Origin: Convolutriloba macropyga | Taxonomy: Eukaryota | Assembly: GCF_964194025.1 (NCBI RefSeq) | Contig: NC_134475.1 | Coordinates: 19,096,001-19,160,000 of the forward strand | Direction: 5' to 3' | Length of the DNA: 64,000 bases | Part shown: positions 36,530-49,300 of the stretch, piece after piece | How positions within the stretch are numbered: position 1 is the stretch's first letter | Layout of the letters: each line of letters starts with the position of its first letter | Translations under genes and position numbers: made by a program | The notes under the pieces: model-generated | The model's input: only the letters and a program-made list of their open reading frames with translations | Databases searched by the model: none | What the model was told of the DNA's origin: nothing

Positions 36530-38602
36530 CTGATTTCATCTTGCTCATCTGTTCCTCTTCGTCTGTTCACAAATTCAACACCTAAACAGCTACTTTTTTT
36601 ATGATTTCAACCTAGACTGGATTCTGCGAAAAATTGAGAAAGAGGTGGCAATTGCTAGAACAGAGGTTAGCTACCTGCATAATGAGACACAGCACTTCTT
36701 GGAAGCATTGAAAAACACAGTTCCTAATCGCAAAAAACGAGCAGCGCCAGTAGTTCTAGCAGGTTTGGCAGCAATCGGACTTTTTGGAGGAATTGCTTTC
36801 GGCTCATCAGGCAGCTGTGGAATTATTGGAGTATTTGGAGGATGTCACGATAAAGCGAAGAAAAATGCAGAAAACATTCAAAAACTGGCCGACTATACAG
36901 AACAGATAGCGACCTAGGTCTCATTTGTAAAATCAGAGACAGACGACAAAATCTTTCTCAGTTCGAATGAACTGGCCACTCTGCACAAGATTCAAAATGA
37001 ACTTATTGAGAACCAGAACAGAAACTGGGAAATAATTCAAAAGCAGTTCGAAGTTTTCGAGAAAAACATTAGATTGCTCCAAGATTATGATCAATTACTT
37101 TTTTTCAAATCAGCAGATAAACTTTAATTTTGACACTGCGGCATTGTTACTCAATATGATATACTCGGATGTCAAAAGCTATAGAGCTGCACTTACTGGA
37201 TATCGCATGAATCTTCTCAATTCAATACCAACACTTACAGAAAAGATTACCGATGTCCTTAGTACCTCGAGATTCCCTAATGAAAATTGAAGACTATGTT
37301 GCACGCGAACAGATGAACGCTCGTGACCGACTGACCCTAGCAATTCCCATGGATGATCTCCTGTCTTACTATAATGCAGAACTGTTGACGGATGCACTAT
37401 CGATTAAGCAAGGGCTACTTTTAACCCTTGCAATCCCGTTGGCTTCTCGTCAAACAGTTTTCACAGTTTTTACCGATAAAATTGTACCAATGCCACAAAA
37501 AGGCACTGGAAGCGCAATTAGATGGAAAATAGAAACTCCATACTTAGCCGTATCAGAAGACTCTATGGAAACAGCAGTGCTAAGCGAAGATCAACTAGGG
37601 AAATGTTAAGGATCTTCCAACAACAGAATTTGTCATGAGACAATTCCAACGGAGTTGGGACACTCCTCATGCTTAGCCACTCTTTTTCGGAACGAACTTG
37701 GATGCTTTAGTAACTTGTCCAACTGAAAATGTTGTTTTGCCTGCTATAGAGGCAGCAGAAAACCTAGGATACGGTATCTAGGTAATCTTGTCAGCGACGG
37801 ACACATTTACCTTGCGAGAGTCCTCCATGGATAGTTCAAACGCTCTCCAAGTCAGAACCTACCCCGGTTGCCAGATATGTCTTATCACATTGGAATGTGG
37901 CAAGCAAATTACAACTCCACACTTGAAAATTAGATCTGACCTAGGAAGCTGTCACAAGATTCCAGCAATTAAAATTCAAGTAGAACTTTCTGACCCTCTC
38001 AAGCATTTACTGACTGAAGTGCCAGAAATAGACCAACTCCCATATTTCAACAAAAAAGATCAGGCCAGTCTTACTCTTATGAGACAAGTACAAGAAAAGT
38101 TAATAAAAATTCCGTCAATGAGAACAACAGAAAACCTTGCAGAGATAGCCAAGCCCATCGCCATTCAAATGACACATTCGAAACCTGTTTTGAGTAACAC
38201 CTTTGAGAGCTACATGCCGTTTAAATACGCGCTCCTTATGGGAGTGGTATCATTCCTAGTTTCATTGGTCTTGCACTTACTATGCATGTATCTTTATCAC
38301 AGATTTAGTTCTGTACGTCGTTTAGTCCCGAACTTTATGAAGGTCGGTAAACAAAAGGTTCCAGTCAAACCAATGGTCGTAGTTGACAAAATCACTTTCG
38401 AAAAATAGCAGGAGAGAGATAAGTGGGAAAAGCGTGCACATGTTGTCATGAAAAAGTCCAAATCGGATAACAGCCTTAGAGCCCCTGACACCGAAAGGGA
38501 GGAAGAGCTTATGGAGCGGAGAAAAAGTCTATGCTCGGTATATACAAAAAGTGATTCCATAAACGACTTCGAAGAAGTCAATGTGAAAATTATTCATTTA
38601 TA
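36530..38602 (+). pseudogene. env: env: class I viral fusion glycoprotein (disrupted)
   Basis: Furin site RKKR followed by fusion peptide AAPVVLAGLAAIGLFGGIAFG; heptad region; Cys-rich ectodomain (CQICLITLECG); TM ALLMGVVSFLVSLVLHLLCMYLY; cytoplasmic tail; located just before the PPT/3' LTR. Start approximate. Confidence 0.85.
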
Positions 38603-38739
38603 AAATGTCTATCCTTCTATATTTGAAACTTTCTGTAAATCATTCATTATTATTTCAAAAAGTTTTGACTCAATTAAGCTGTGGTAAATTGGTGCAATGA
38701 TCTGTAGCCGTATATTCTTATTTTGAAAAAAAATATGCT

Positions 38740-38759
38740 AAAAGAAAAAAAAGAGGGAG
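38740..38759 (+). promoter_or_regulatory. Polypurine tract
   Basis: AAAAGAAAAAAAAGAGGGAG just upstream of the 3' LTR. Confidence 0.85.
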
Positions 38760-38763
38760 CTAG

Positions 38764-39129
38764 TATGATATCCTTTGATATCGAGTAGTCCTAAAAAGGA
38801 TTGTTTTGATGATCATAGAGTTAATAAACATTTGGTTGTTTTAAGTTACATTTCTTAACCGGTACATTTAAATTATACAAGTATATTTGTTGTTAAATTT
38901 ACTATGCTGTAAACTATTGTACTCAATGCCCATATATGCTTCTGTTGAATCCGGATAAATATTTAATGAATATACATAACAAAGGTAACCTACTGAAAGC
39001 TATTATTTTATGAGAGAAACAAGAATAAAGTCGTGAGAACAGTTGCTTGTTTTAACAGAAGAAAACCGTGATCCACCACTCCGAAGAGCCTTAAGAGCTC
39101 AGGCTGAAAGTTAAAACAAGATTTTTAGT
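38764..39129 (+). repeat. 3' LTR
   Basis: Direct repeat of 22553-22917, followed by TSD ATAAC. Confidence 0.92.
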
Positions 39130-40236
39130 ATAACTGTTTTGTTCATTGTACTTGTTGAGTAAATGAGTTTTTGACTTCGAATAGTTCCTCCAAAAGAAGG
39201 TGCATTTAGCTAACCGTTTTAGCCGTTTTTCGTCGAGTTAGCTTTTTTAAAGGTTGTTTTGGAACAAATATTTGATCCAGGCTGAAGATATGGAAATGTT
39301 CTCTGCAGTTCATTTTACGGAGACTAGTAATACGTTCCAAGAGAAAAAATGGCTAAATTTGTTTTTTTTTCAATAAGTGACCTTTTTCTTTAATCAGTAT
39401 GGCAAGGACATTTTATTAAATTTACCATTGCTCTCCTGAGTTTTTGTTTTTACATGAGGTACTTTTCTTTTTTAAAAAATAAATTTATACATATTTTTCT
39501 TAATGTTTTTGGTTCAACTAGAATAAACATTTGCATGCACTGCCAAGTTTCGAATTTTTCAAACATTATTCTGACATTTTTGGCATTTGATCTTAACTAT
39601 GTACACATTGTCTTATTGAGTCAAAATATTGAACTCACATTGGTTTAATGGATGAGAAAAGCCGTGGCTGAATGAAGAGTTTTACTTTTTTCTATTTTGT
39701 TTTCTTATTGTTTTTCAAATTGTTTAAGGGCTTACTATTTTGTTTGCAAATTTTCGTAATCTATTCTTAACATTTTTGGATGCTGTTTGTTTCTTTCAAA
39801 TAATATCTGTTTAGCATAGTGACCATAATGTTGAGTCTTAATTGCTCTGCATTATCAGCATTTAACAATTTCTTCAATTTGCATTCCTTTTTGTTGAAAT
39901 TTTCAGTAATGTAGTGCAATATAATGTAATGTCGTCCTTAGAATGCGATGGGATTAGCATTTCATTTTGAGAGTTTTTTTTCCCGAAACATTGTTTGGGA
40001 ATGGTTCTGGTTATGATTTTGGCTTTCAATTTCAATCCTTTTTTTATTTTGCATTCCGTATTCATTTTTGAATTAATTGAAGTAAGAAGTCACCGATACT
40101 GGAAATCGAAATATTGGTCAAGCTCTTTCAACAGTTTGAGTTCTAGAAATTGATGAATTTTGCTTACAAATCCTTTCAAATACAACTCTTAAATTTGCTT
40201 GTAATGAATCGTTGCTCAAATTGATAATCCCTTTAG

Positions 40237-40566
40237 GCCTTGCTGGACCAAATTGAAATGAACCTGCAATTATCTATCGACTGGACAAATCAGCTTAAAA
40301 TCATGGACAAATTCTGCTCACCTCAAATGAGTCAATTATCTCCTCAGGATCAACAATACAGAAATATTACTACCGAAGATTTCCTCAGTGGCTACGCTGT
40401 CCATAAAGAGTACTCCGACAAAATGACGGCAACTATTGATGATTTTTTCAAGCAACTTTCTTCTATATCATCTAATGAGCATTTGTCATCGACTGATGGA
40501 ATGGGAACTACTGATAGTCATGATTCAAACAATGTCAACAGTTTTGCGTGTTCGGCTCTGCTTTGA
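40237..40566 (+). CDS. MED29: MED29-like gene, exon 2 (spliced product ~312 aa)
   Basis: Acceptor CCCTTTAG|GCC in phase 0. The join gives EECMALLDQIEMNLQLSIDWTNQ, matching the MED29 core motif EEFY.lCDQiE..L..A.eC..Q. Confidence 0.75.
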   Translation, partial: ALLDQIEMNLQLSIDWTNQLKIMDKFCSPQMSQLSPQDQQYRNITTEDFLSGYAVHKEYSDKMTATIDDFFKQLSSISSNEHLSSTDGMGTTDSHDSNNVNSFACSALL

Positions 40567-40975
40567 AAACGTAATGAACTGTTTTTGTCTTTCTATTTTG
40601 TTTAGATTTGTTTTGATTCCAAATTTGAACTGATGTTTAGATTTTTTTTTCAATCAGAGCGAAAGATAAATTGTTAATGTAGGCCTTTTTATGCGTGCTT
40701 ATTCCGCTGACCGATATCCTTCTTCGATTAAATTTTTTGTGATAATTTTTAATAATGAATTTCGTTTTTTAGTTCGATATCTGATCGTTTTTACTGGTTC
40801 TAACCCATTGAGAGCAGTTCCTCTAACAATAGCCACTCATACCAAGGAAGCGGAAGAGCTCCTGCAACTGTTACTGGTTACTTATCAGTTAGAGGTGATC
40901 TGTTGTCCAATTATACCAATTGACGGTGAGAATTATTGTTTTGATTTCTAACACTTGGACATAGAAAAAGTTATT

Positions 40976-41442
40976 AATTGCTCTCAAAAGAAGTTTGTTG
41001 CAATTATTAATTGCTCCCAAATGAAGTTTTTAGCAATTATTTTAATTCTGTGGTTTTGTACACGATTTTTCGCTTGACCGATTTTTCGTCTGACCCTTTA
41101 ACTTCTCCTTAAAAACAGGCTAAACCAGAAAAGACAGGAGGGAGGGCATTGAGTAATTGAGCAGCTCTCTTAGGGCCTTACTAGTCTCTAAGTATGCTAT
41201 TCACCAAAACTGTTTCTAGGAGACTTTCATGGTGTGAAGGGAGGTTCCTTATCTTAAAATTGTGACCCCTCAGTCACGCCCCCCACCAACTTTCCACCCG
41301 GCCTCCCTCCACCTGGAAATTTGGAACCGCTCTCGTGCAGCCCTCCCAACCCTGCACCCACGCTTGACCACCCTACTACAGAAGCCAACCGTTAGCTTGT
41401 CGTTTGAGAGCAATTCGCGCTGCATTCGTCGGTTGTTTTTTA
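40976..41442 (+). mobile_element. HINE/DINE-1-like element (AATTGCTCTC family)
   Basis: Doubled 5' hairpin AATTGCTCTCAAA...GCAATT; 3' sub-terminal IR TTTGAGAGCAATT (41403-41415); decayed stem-loop and T run. The 5' end is similar to 13628 and 15962. Confidence 0.6.
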
Positions 41443-41639
41443 GCCATATGGTCTTTACGGGTAGTATGGATCTGGGTATTTGTCCTAAACTATTCTCATA
41501 GTCAGTTATTAATCGCTTTTGTTGAAACCTTTTTAAGACACAATAAGTTACGAGAAAACGGAAAGTATATACTGAGCATTTGAGAGATATGTGATTACAT
41601 TTCAACAGGTATTGGAAATGTCTGCACCTTACCGGAGGT

Positions 41640-43950
41640 CAAGCAGAAATAACGGAAAAGCATCGGAAAATATGGTTTGCAAATGAAATCAATCACACAA
41701 GTCTGCGTAAATTCACCGACATAACAAGGTAAAATTAGAAAAACTTGCGAACAAAAATGGAGATAATCAAAGCAAGAAGGAAATATTATAAACAGAAGTT
41801 TTCAAAATCATCGGAGACGCAAGACAAGTTTATAGATTATAGATTTTTAAATGAACTTGAGGGGGGTGCTTCTGGTAACAATAACATTCCTTACCTACTG
41901 CAATCTGGTCGACGAATTGATGAGAACCTAAAAATTCCAAACGAGCTTAAAACTGTTTTTGTACGTATAGGACAAAAACTAAAGGAACACAACCCAAATG
42001 AGATCTTTTTTAGTTCTTGAGTTAATAAATTGAAGTGTGTTGTTTTATTATAAAATTTGCACGAAAATTTTGCAGTTAATCCAGAATCTTAAAAAATAGT
42101 CATCTTCGGGAGTTAAAGATGTCAGTCCAATTTTAATGGAGAAAACAAGTTCCTTAAATTCTAATCATCTTGTTCATCTTATAAATAAGTCATTTTAAAC
42201 ACTAATTTCCCGAGTATTCTGAAACAAGCTGAAATTGTGCCTCATCATAAAGAAGAGGCGAAAGACAAAATAAACAACTACAGAGCAATCTAACTTCTCA
42301 TTGTGTGGAGTAAAAGTTTTGAACGCGTTATGTATAGTGTTATATACGCGTACTTTAAAACGTTGAAACGTTCGATTTAATTCATCGTAGTTATTCATCC
42401 TAGCACAACCAATACCATTGCAAAATTAATGGAAACAGTTTGTGAGAACCATGAGCAGCCACATTTTTCGGTGACTTAAAAAAAGCCTTTGATACAACTG
42501 ACCACCAGATCCTTTTACAGCGTGAGCTATTTGGTGTAAGTGGGGTTTGCCTAAATTGGATTAGTGATTTTCGAAAAGAAAGCAAAGTGTATCAGTCAAT
42601 AATTGCAACTCCAGCTGGTTGAGGCCATTCTGTGGTGGTCTACAAGGCTCAATTCTCGGTCCACTATTTGTTTATATACATAAATGACCTGCCAGACGTG
42701 TGTTAAGTCTGCAGAACTTCTCTTCACAGATGATGCCAACTTAACAACAGACAATAATGATTTTGAATCAATACAAAAGGATTTGCGAAATGTAGAGAAA
42801 TGTCTCAATGAGAAAAAGCTGTCCCTTTTTCTTAAAAAGTTGTCAAATGAATATAAAAATAGGTAACAGTGCCTCTAATGTCATTGTTTTTCAGTTTTAA
42901 ATTAGTTTTCTTAATATACTTGAATCTGAAGTCTGCATATATCTTGGAGTGCTCTTAGATGAATAGTTAAGTTTTCAGAGATTTTTTAAGTTGAAATAGT
43001 CATCGATTCAGTGTGGAATAGTGTCAAAAATTAAAGTATTATGTTTCCAAAAGCGTTCTACTCCAGTTTTCTCATCAAACACAAAACGATCATTCAATAC
43101 GGCGTGTAGATATATGGATCTGTCGAATTTACCGCCCTTGAAACAGTGGTTCATTTGCAGAAATAAATTTTAAGACTGATTTTGTTTTCGAAATACACAG
43201 AGTTTAACTGACCCGTCTTCTTGTGAAATACAAGGTTTTAACCGCGCACAAATTGCACGTTTAAGAACTCCCTTAGTTAGCAATTAAATAAGTGAATAAA
43301 TTGCACACAGATACTTATCTCAATGAATTGTGTACTTTTGAATCCCGATAAAACAATTCAACTCAGATATTTGAAATGGTTGTTGAAAATACCAAACCCT
43401 AAACAAAAATTCGAACAGATATCACTGATATACAGGAGTGTCATATTTCTTAATTTTTTTTAATGGAAAGCAATGTGTTGCCATCAATCAATAATCAGCT
43501 TTCGGAAAGTGTGTTTGTCAGTTTGCTGCGCAAGCTCATAGGTAACTACATTTTGTCGAACTTTGAGTTAACAAAAACAATCTTACTGATACCTTGCATG
43601 CAGCTATTTGATGTTGTTAAAAAATTAAATAAAGGACATCACATAATGCTTTAATTTGGGGTTCTCTAAATGGATGAAAAATTTGTTCAAAAATTGAAAA
43701 TTCCTTTGAGAATTTCATCTATTATTTACCGCATTTTTAATCCGACTGTGGGAAACTGAAGGGCAGTGCTTAGTGATCCAATTGGATCCTTGAACTGTCC
43801 TCTCTGATTGTATCATGTTTTCCGATCTAATGAAAATGTGATGCAAGGATGTGTGGACGCTTTCGGATCTCGAACCCTAAACATTTTTGGAATATGTTAT
43901 TTTTTCGATGTTCATTTTTACTCAGAGAAATTAACTCTATCTCTCTCTAA
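41640..43950 (+). mobile_element. Heavily decayed LINE (CR1/L2-group) ORF2 with RT domain and 3' UTR
   Basis: Remnant motifs NNYRAI, FGDLKKAFDTTDHQILL, LQGSILGPLF, YINDL, LFTDD, YLGVLLD; ends AAATTAACTCTATCTCTCTCT like the 18.3-19.6 kb LINE. Confidence 0.82.
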
Positions 43951-44635
43951 ACAAAATTTGTAGCTTTTATCAGAGTCCTCCTGCCTTTTATTGCAATTTT
44001 TGTATTACCGATGTTGCGTCTGATAGATCTCGTCACCTGACCATTTGACTTTTGGGCCTCAAATTCAGCGAGCATAACGAAAGAGAAATAGTCATCACTA
44101 AATTCAGCGTAAAAGAGAAATAGCCATCACTAAAAAGTAATTTGGAATGATTTTGCGTTGGTGTGCTCCGCCAACTAATTTCCGGTAAACATTCTGCTAC
44201 AAGGTTCTGTTTTATATTTCGACTTTCTTCTAATAGTTGTTTTGTTGTGTGTGATTTGTAAGAACTTGTTTGTGCGTTTAAAACATGTCTGGATTTCCTA
44301 TAGATTTTTCCCAGAGATTTTGACAACTGATGTCCATGATAAATTTTTTCCCCAAACAACTTGTGAAGCCATTACTGTTGTCGAGTATCTTCTAATGTAA
44401 CAATTGTTTGAAAATTTCCCGATTGACTGTCTAGTCTGTGACTTCTGTTGTTTCGCATGTTTCAATTAACTCATTTATTCTCAATTCTAAGCAGCTGAAC
44501 TGTACCAACTTTAGTTTACTACTAAAATTCAAGTGAAAAGTTTGCGGAAATTGTTTTCCATTTTGTTTTTTTAATGAATGGCATTATAGGTTCCTTTCCT
44601 CCCCCCAAGTATGTTTTGCTTCCCCAGTTACAGAG

Positions 44636-44835
44636 NNNNNNNNNNNNNNNNNNNNNNNNNNNNNNNNNNNNNNNNNNNNNNNNNNNNNNNNNNNNNNNNN
44701 NNNNNNNNNNNNNNNNNNNNNNNNNNNNNNNNNNNNNNNNNNNNNNNNNNNNNNNNNNNNNNNNNNNNNNNNNNNNNNNNNNNNNNNNNNNNNNNNNNNN
44801 NNNNNNNNNNNNNNNNNNNNNNNNNNNNNNNNNNN
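44636..44835. other. Assembly gap (200 N)
   Basis: Direct sequence. Confidence 1.
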
Positions 44836-46380
44836 CACTAACATACAAATTTAACGAATCTATATAAGTGGGGATGCTATGATTTTTTGGGGCACCCAGT
44901 TTTGGGGAACACCAATATCACTAAAAATAAGGTGACTTTTTTTCAAATTTACCAGTCAATTCCTTTTTCACCATGCCGATTTAGGACAACACATTAACAG
45001 CAAATGCAAGGGGATTACAGCATAAGAAAAATAAGCCTACGTTCGAATAAATTGATAGAGTACTTTAGAAGATATGAGCAAACTACTGAAATGTACCCCT
45101 TTTTTGAGCTAGAAGCAGAGACAGAGTTCTTCAGAATTCAAGCATAATTGAGTAGAACAGCCAAGCTAACGTGTTTGTGGTAGTAGCTTAGGTCCACATA
45201 GTAGTTCTTAGTCACGGCAAGCCCTCATGGGGAGGTGGGAATAAATTCCCAACTCTCCATGAAGGCTATGATGTTTTGAGTGGTTTGAAAAAAAAACAAC
45301 ACACCCACAGAAATCTGTTGAAATTTTCAAAAATGAAAACTTGTTGAATTAACTATTACCACCGCCAACGTTGGCTTCAAGGACAAGAATGTGGTGTAGA
45401 CAACGCAAATTAATCAGGGAAAAGACGTATCATTGAAATTTTAACATTCCATTTACAAAGAAAAAAAACGGCAAGTTTTCGATGAATTGCAACAAAATAA
45501 CATACTAAATAGCAAGTGCCGATTAACCAATGATAAAGGAGAGCTCGCCCATTACTGACTTTAAAACAATGCGTGTTTGATCAGAGAAATTAAAGCAATA
45601 CTATTGCCGAAATTGCACAATTTCTGAAAAACAACGTTGCTTTTGTTATTTCGTCCAAGAAAATCTTCTTAGAAACCACGCAAGACTGAGTGGCTAATCA
45701 ATTGAAAGCAGGTTTCCAGATGTCTAAAATGATCTGTTTAGAGGCTTATTTAATCGAAAATCTGATGGTGATCAGCAAAAAAGCCGCCAAAAGATTGAGA
45801 GAAGTCAGTTGGTTAACAGAAGGTACCAAATGGAAAAATTTCTCTGCCGTTTCACGTTTCGCTAAAATACAACATCAAAACGTGTATAGAATTAGTACAA
45901 TGAGTATATATATATATATAAAGATACTCCTCATTAACTGAGCAATATAAGACACTACACTTTATAACCTTGACCCAAAAAATTCAACTTTTCTATGTCA
46001 CTGCCGAAATAACCGAAATTGGCCGAAAATCGAGGTTCGGCGCATACAGAGCAAAAATTGACCACTCCAACTCCGTAAAACCATATAGAAAACGTACATG
46101 GGGATACTCCCCACTAACATACAAATCCAACGAACCCTTAAATGTAGGGATGCTATGGTTTTTTGGGGCACCCAATTTTGGGGAACACCAATATCACTAA
46201 AAAAATGGTGACTTCTTTTCAAATTTACCAATCAATTACATTTTTACCAGGCCAAATTAGGGTAATACAATTAAAGAAAAAACTAGACGGTTACAATACT
46301 AACAAAATAAGCATATGCTGGTAGAGTTTTGCTGAGCACTTGACCACTTATCAACAAAACAACTAAGTGTACCTCTATCA
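44836..46380. repeat. Diverged ~260-bp direct repeat pair (44836-45100 and 46112-46380)
   Basis: CACTAACATACAAAT...GGGATGCTATG...GGGGCACCC...GGGGAACACCAATATCACT at both positions (offset 1276). Confidence 0.75.
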
Positions 46381-49300
46381 ATCTGAATCTGAAAGACTTA
46401 AAAAAAATGGAAGCTACATTGGGACCATATGTCGTTACCGCTTCTATAATAGTGTAATCTAGTTCTCCAGAGATCTATTTTATGCAGGTATATTAGTTTT
46501 TGATTTAATATATAGGGAAGAGTGATTGCATTCAAGTTGATCCACTTTAAAACCACTGCGTTTCCTGTTATTATGATTTAAAGAAATTAAAGTCTTTTTA
46601 AACCGTTTTTTTGGAACTTCTGTATTGATATTCAATTCAGACAACCCAAATGGCTTACAAATTACTTGTACGATCTAGAAACATTAGTAGCGCTGAAGAG
46701 TGGGAAACCTTTATATCAGGTTAACCGTAGCTTTGCTAAAATTTATAAACGGCAGGAAATAGTTCCATATGTGTTTGTTTTGTCCTCTATACTTTCCAGA
46801 GAGCCGAATTTCGGAAATTTTCTCCTAAAATTAACTGGCAAACTTCAGTTCGATGGACAGGGTTTTGAAGCAGTGCTTATGTTCGAAAATGGAATTAGTT
46901 CGAATTAAGAAGAATAACAATCTGATTCTGAAAGACTTTAAACAAATGGAAGCTAAATGAGGACCATATGTCGTTACCGGTTATATATACGTATAATCCC
47001 GTTTTCCAGAGATCTACATTATGCAGGAATAATAGTTTTTGATTTAATATATAGGGAAGAGTGATTGCATTCAAGTTGATCCACTTTAAAACCACTGCGT
47101 TTCCTGTTGTTATGAATTAAAGAAATTAAAGTCTCTTTAAACAGTTTTTCTGAAACTTCAGGATTGATATTCAATTCAGACAACCCAGATGGCTTCCAAA
47201 TAACTTGTTTGATCTAGAAACATCAGTGGGGCTGAAGAGTGGGAAACCTTTATATTATACTTAACCGTAGATTTGCTAAACTTAATAAACGGCAGGAAAT
47301 AGTTCCATAAATGTTTGTTTTGTCCTCTATACTTTGTAGAGCCCAATTTCGAAAAGATGCACCTAAATTTAACAGGCAAACTTCAGTTCGACGGACAGGG
47401 TTTTGAAGCAGTGCTTATGTTGGAAAATGGAAATAGTCCGAATTAAGAAGAATAACAATCTGATTCTGAAAGACTTTAAATAAATGGAAGCTAAATGAGG
47501 ACCATACGTAGTTACCGTTTCTATATACGTATAATCCAGTTTTCCAGAGAGCTACTTTATGCAGGAATAGTAGTTTTTGACTCATTATATAGAGAAGAGT
47601 GATTGCATTCAAGTTGATCCACTTTAAAACCACTGCGTTTCCTGTTGTTATGATTTAAAGAAATTAAATTCTCTTTAACCCGTTTTTTCTGAAACTTCAG
47701 GATTGAAATTCAATTCAGACAACCCATTTGGTTCCCAAAAAACTTGTTCGATCTAGAAACATCAGTAGGGCTGAAGAGTGGGAAACCTTTATATTAAACT
47801 TAACCGTAGCTTTGCTAAACTTAATAAACGGCAGGAAAAAGTTCCATATATGTTTGTTTTGTCCCCTATACTTTCTAGAGAGCCCAATTTCGGAAAGAGG
47901 CACCTAAAAAAAACAGGCAAACTTCAGTTCGACGGACAGGGTTTTGAAGCAGTGCTTATGTTGGAAATGGAAATAGTTCGAATTAAGAAGAATAACAATC
48001 TGATTCTGAAAGACTTTAAAGAATGGAAGCTAAATGAGGACCATATGTCGTTACCGGTTCTATATACGTATAATCCCGTTTTCCAGAGATCTACATTATG
48101 CAAGAATAATAGTTTTTGATTTAATATATAGGGAAGAGTGATTGCATTCAAGTTGATCCACTTTAAAACCACTGCGTTTCCTGTTGTTATGATTTAAAGA
48201 AATTAAAGTCTTTTTAAACAGTTTCTCTTAAACTTCAGGATTGATATTCAATTCAGGCAACCCAAATGGCTTCCAAATTACTTGTTCGATCTAGAAATTT
48301 CAGTAGGGCTGAAGAGTGGGAAACCTTTAGATTAAACTTAACCGTAGCTTTGCTAAACTTAATAAACGGCAGGAAATAGTTCCATAAATGTTTGTTTTGT
48401 CCTCTATACTTTCCAGAGAGCCCAATTTCGGAAAGATTCACCTAACATTAACAGACAAACTTCAGTTCGACGGACCGGGTTTTGAAGCAGTGCTTATGTT
48501 GGAAAATGGAATTAGTTCGAATTAAGAAGAATAACAATCTGATTCTCAAAGACTTTAAACAAATGGAAGCTAAATGAGGACCATATGTCGTTACCGGTTC
48601 TATATACGTATAGTCCAGTTTTTCAGAGATGTACTTTATGTAGGAATAATAGTTTTTGATTTAATATATAGGGAAGAGTGATTGCAGTCAAGTTGATCCA
48701 CTTTAAAACCACTGCGTTTCCTGTTGTTGTGATTTAAAGAAATTAAAGTCTCTTTGAAACGTTTTTCTGCAACTTCAGAATTGATATTCAATTCAGACAT
48801 CACAATTGGCTCACAAATTACTTGTTCGATCAGGAAACATCAGTAGGGCTGAAGAGTGGGAAACCTTTATATTAAACTTAACCGTAGCTTTGCTAAAATT
48901 AATAAACGGCAGGAAATAGTTCCATAAATGTTTGTTTTGTCCTCTATACTTTCTAGAGAGACCAGTTTCGGAAAGATGCACCTAAAATTAACAGGCAAAC
49001 TTCAATTCGACGGACAGGAATTTGAAGCAGTGCTTATATTGGAAAATGGAATTAGTTCGAATTAAGAAGAATAACAATCTGATTCTGAAAGACTTTAAAT
49101 AAAGGGAAGCTAAATGAGGACCATATGTCGTTACCGGTTCTTTATACGTATAATCCAGTTTTCCAGAGATCTATTTTATGCAGGAATAATATTTTTTGAT
49201 TTAATAAATAGGGAAGAGTGATTGCATTCAAGTTGATCCACTTTAAAACCACTGCGTTTCCTGTTGTTATGATTTAAAGAAATTAAAGTCTCTTTAAACC

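Larger units (their letters stand above)
22553..39129 (+). mobile_element. Full-length, decayed env-bearing Ty3/Gypsy LTR retrotransposon (endogenous retrovirus-like), 16.6 kb, inside the MED29 intron
   Basis: Two ~365-bp LTRs; ATAAC on both flanks (22548-22552, 39130-39134); PBS; PPT; domain order gag-PR-RT-RH-IN; env. Confidence 0.93.

Noticed and set aside
44522-44867. ORFs containing X runs
   Set aside because: They span the N gap.
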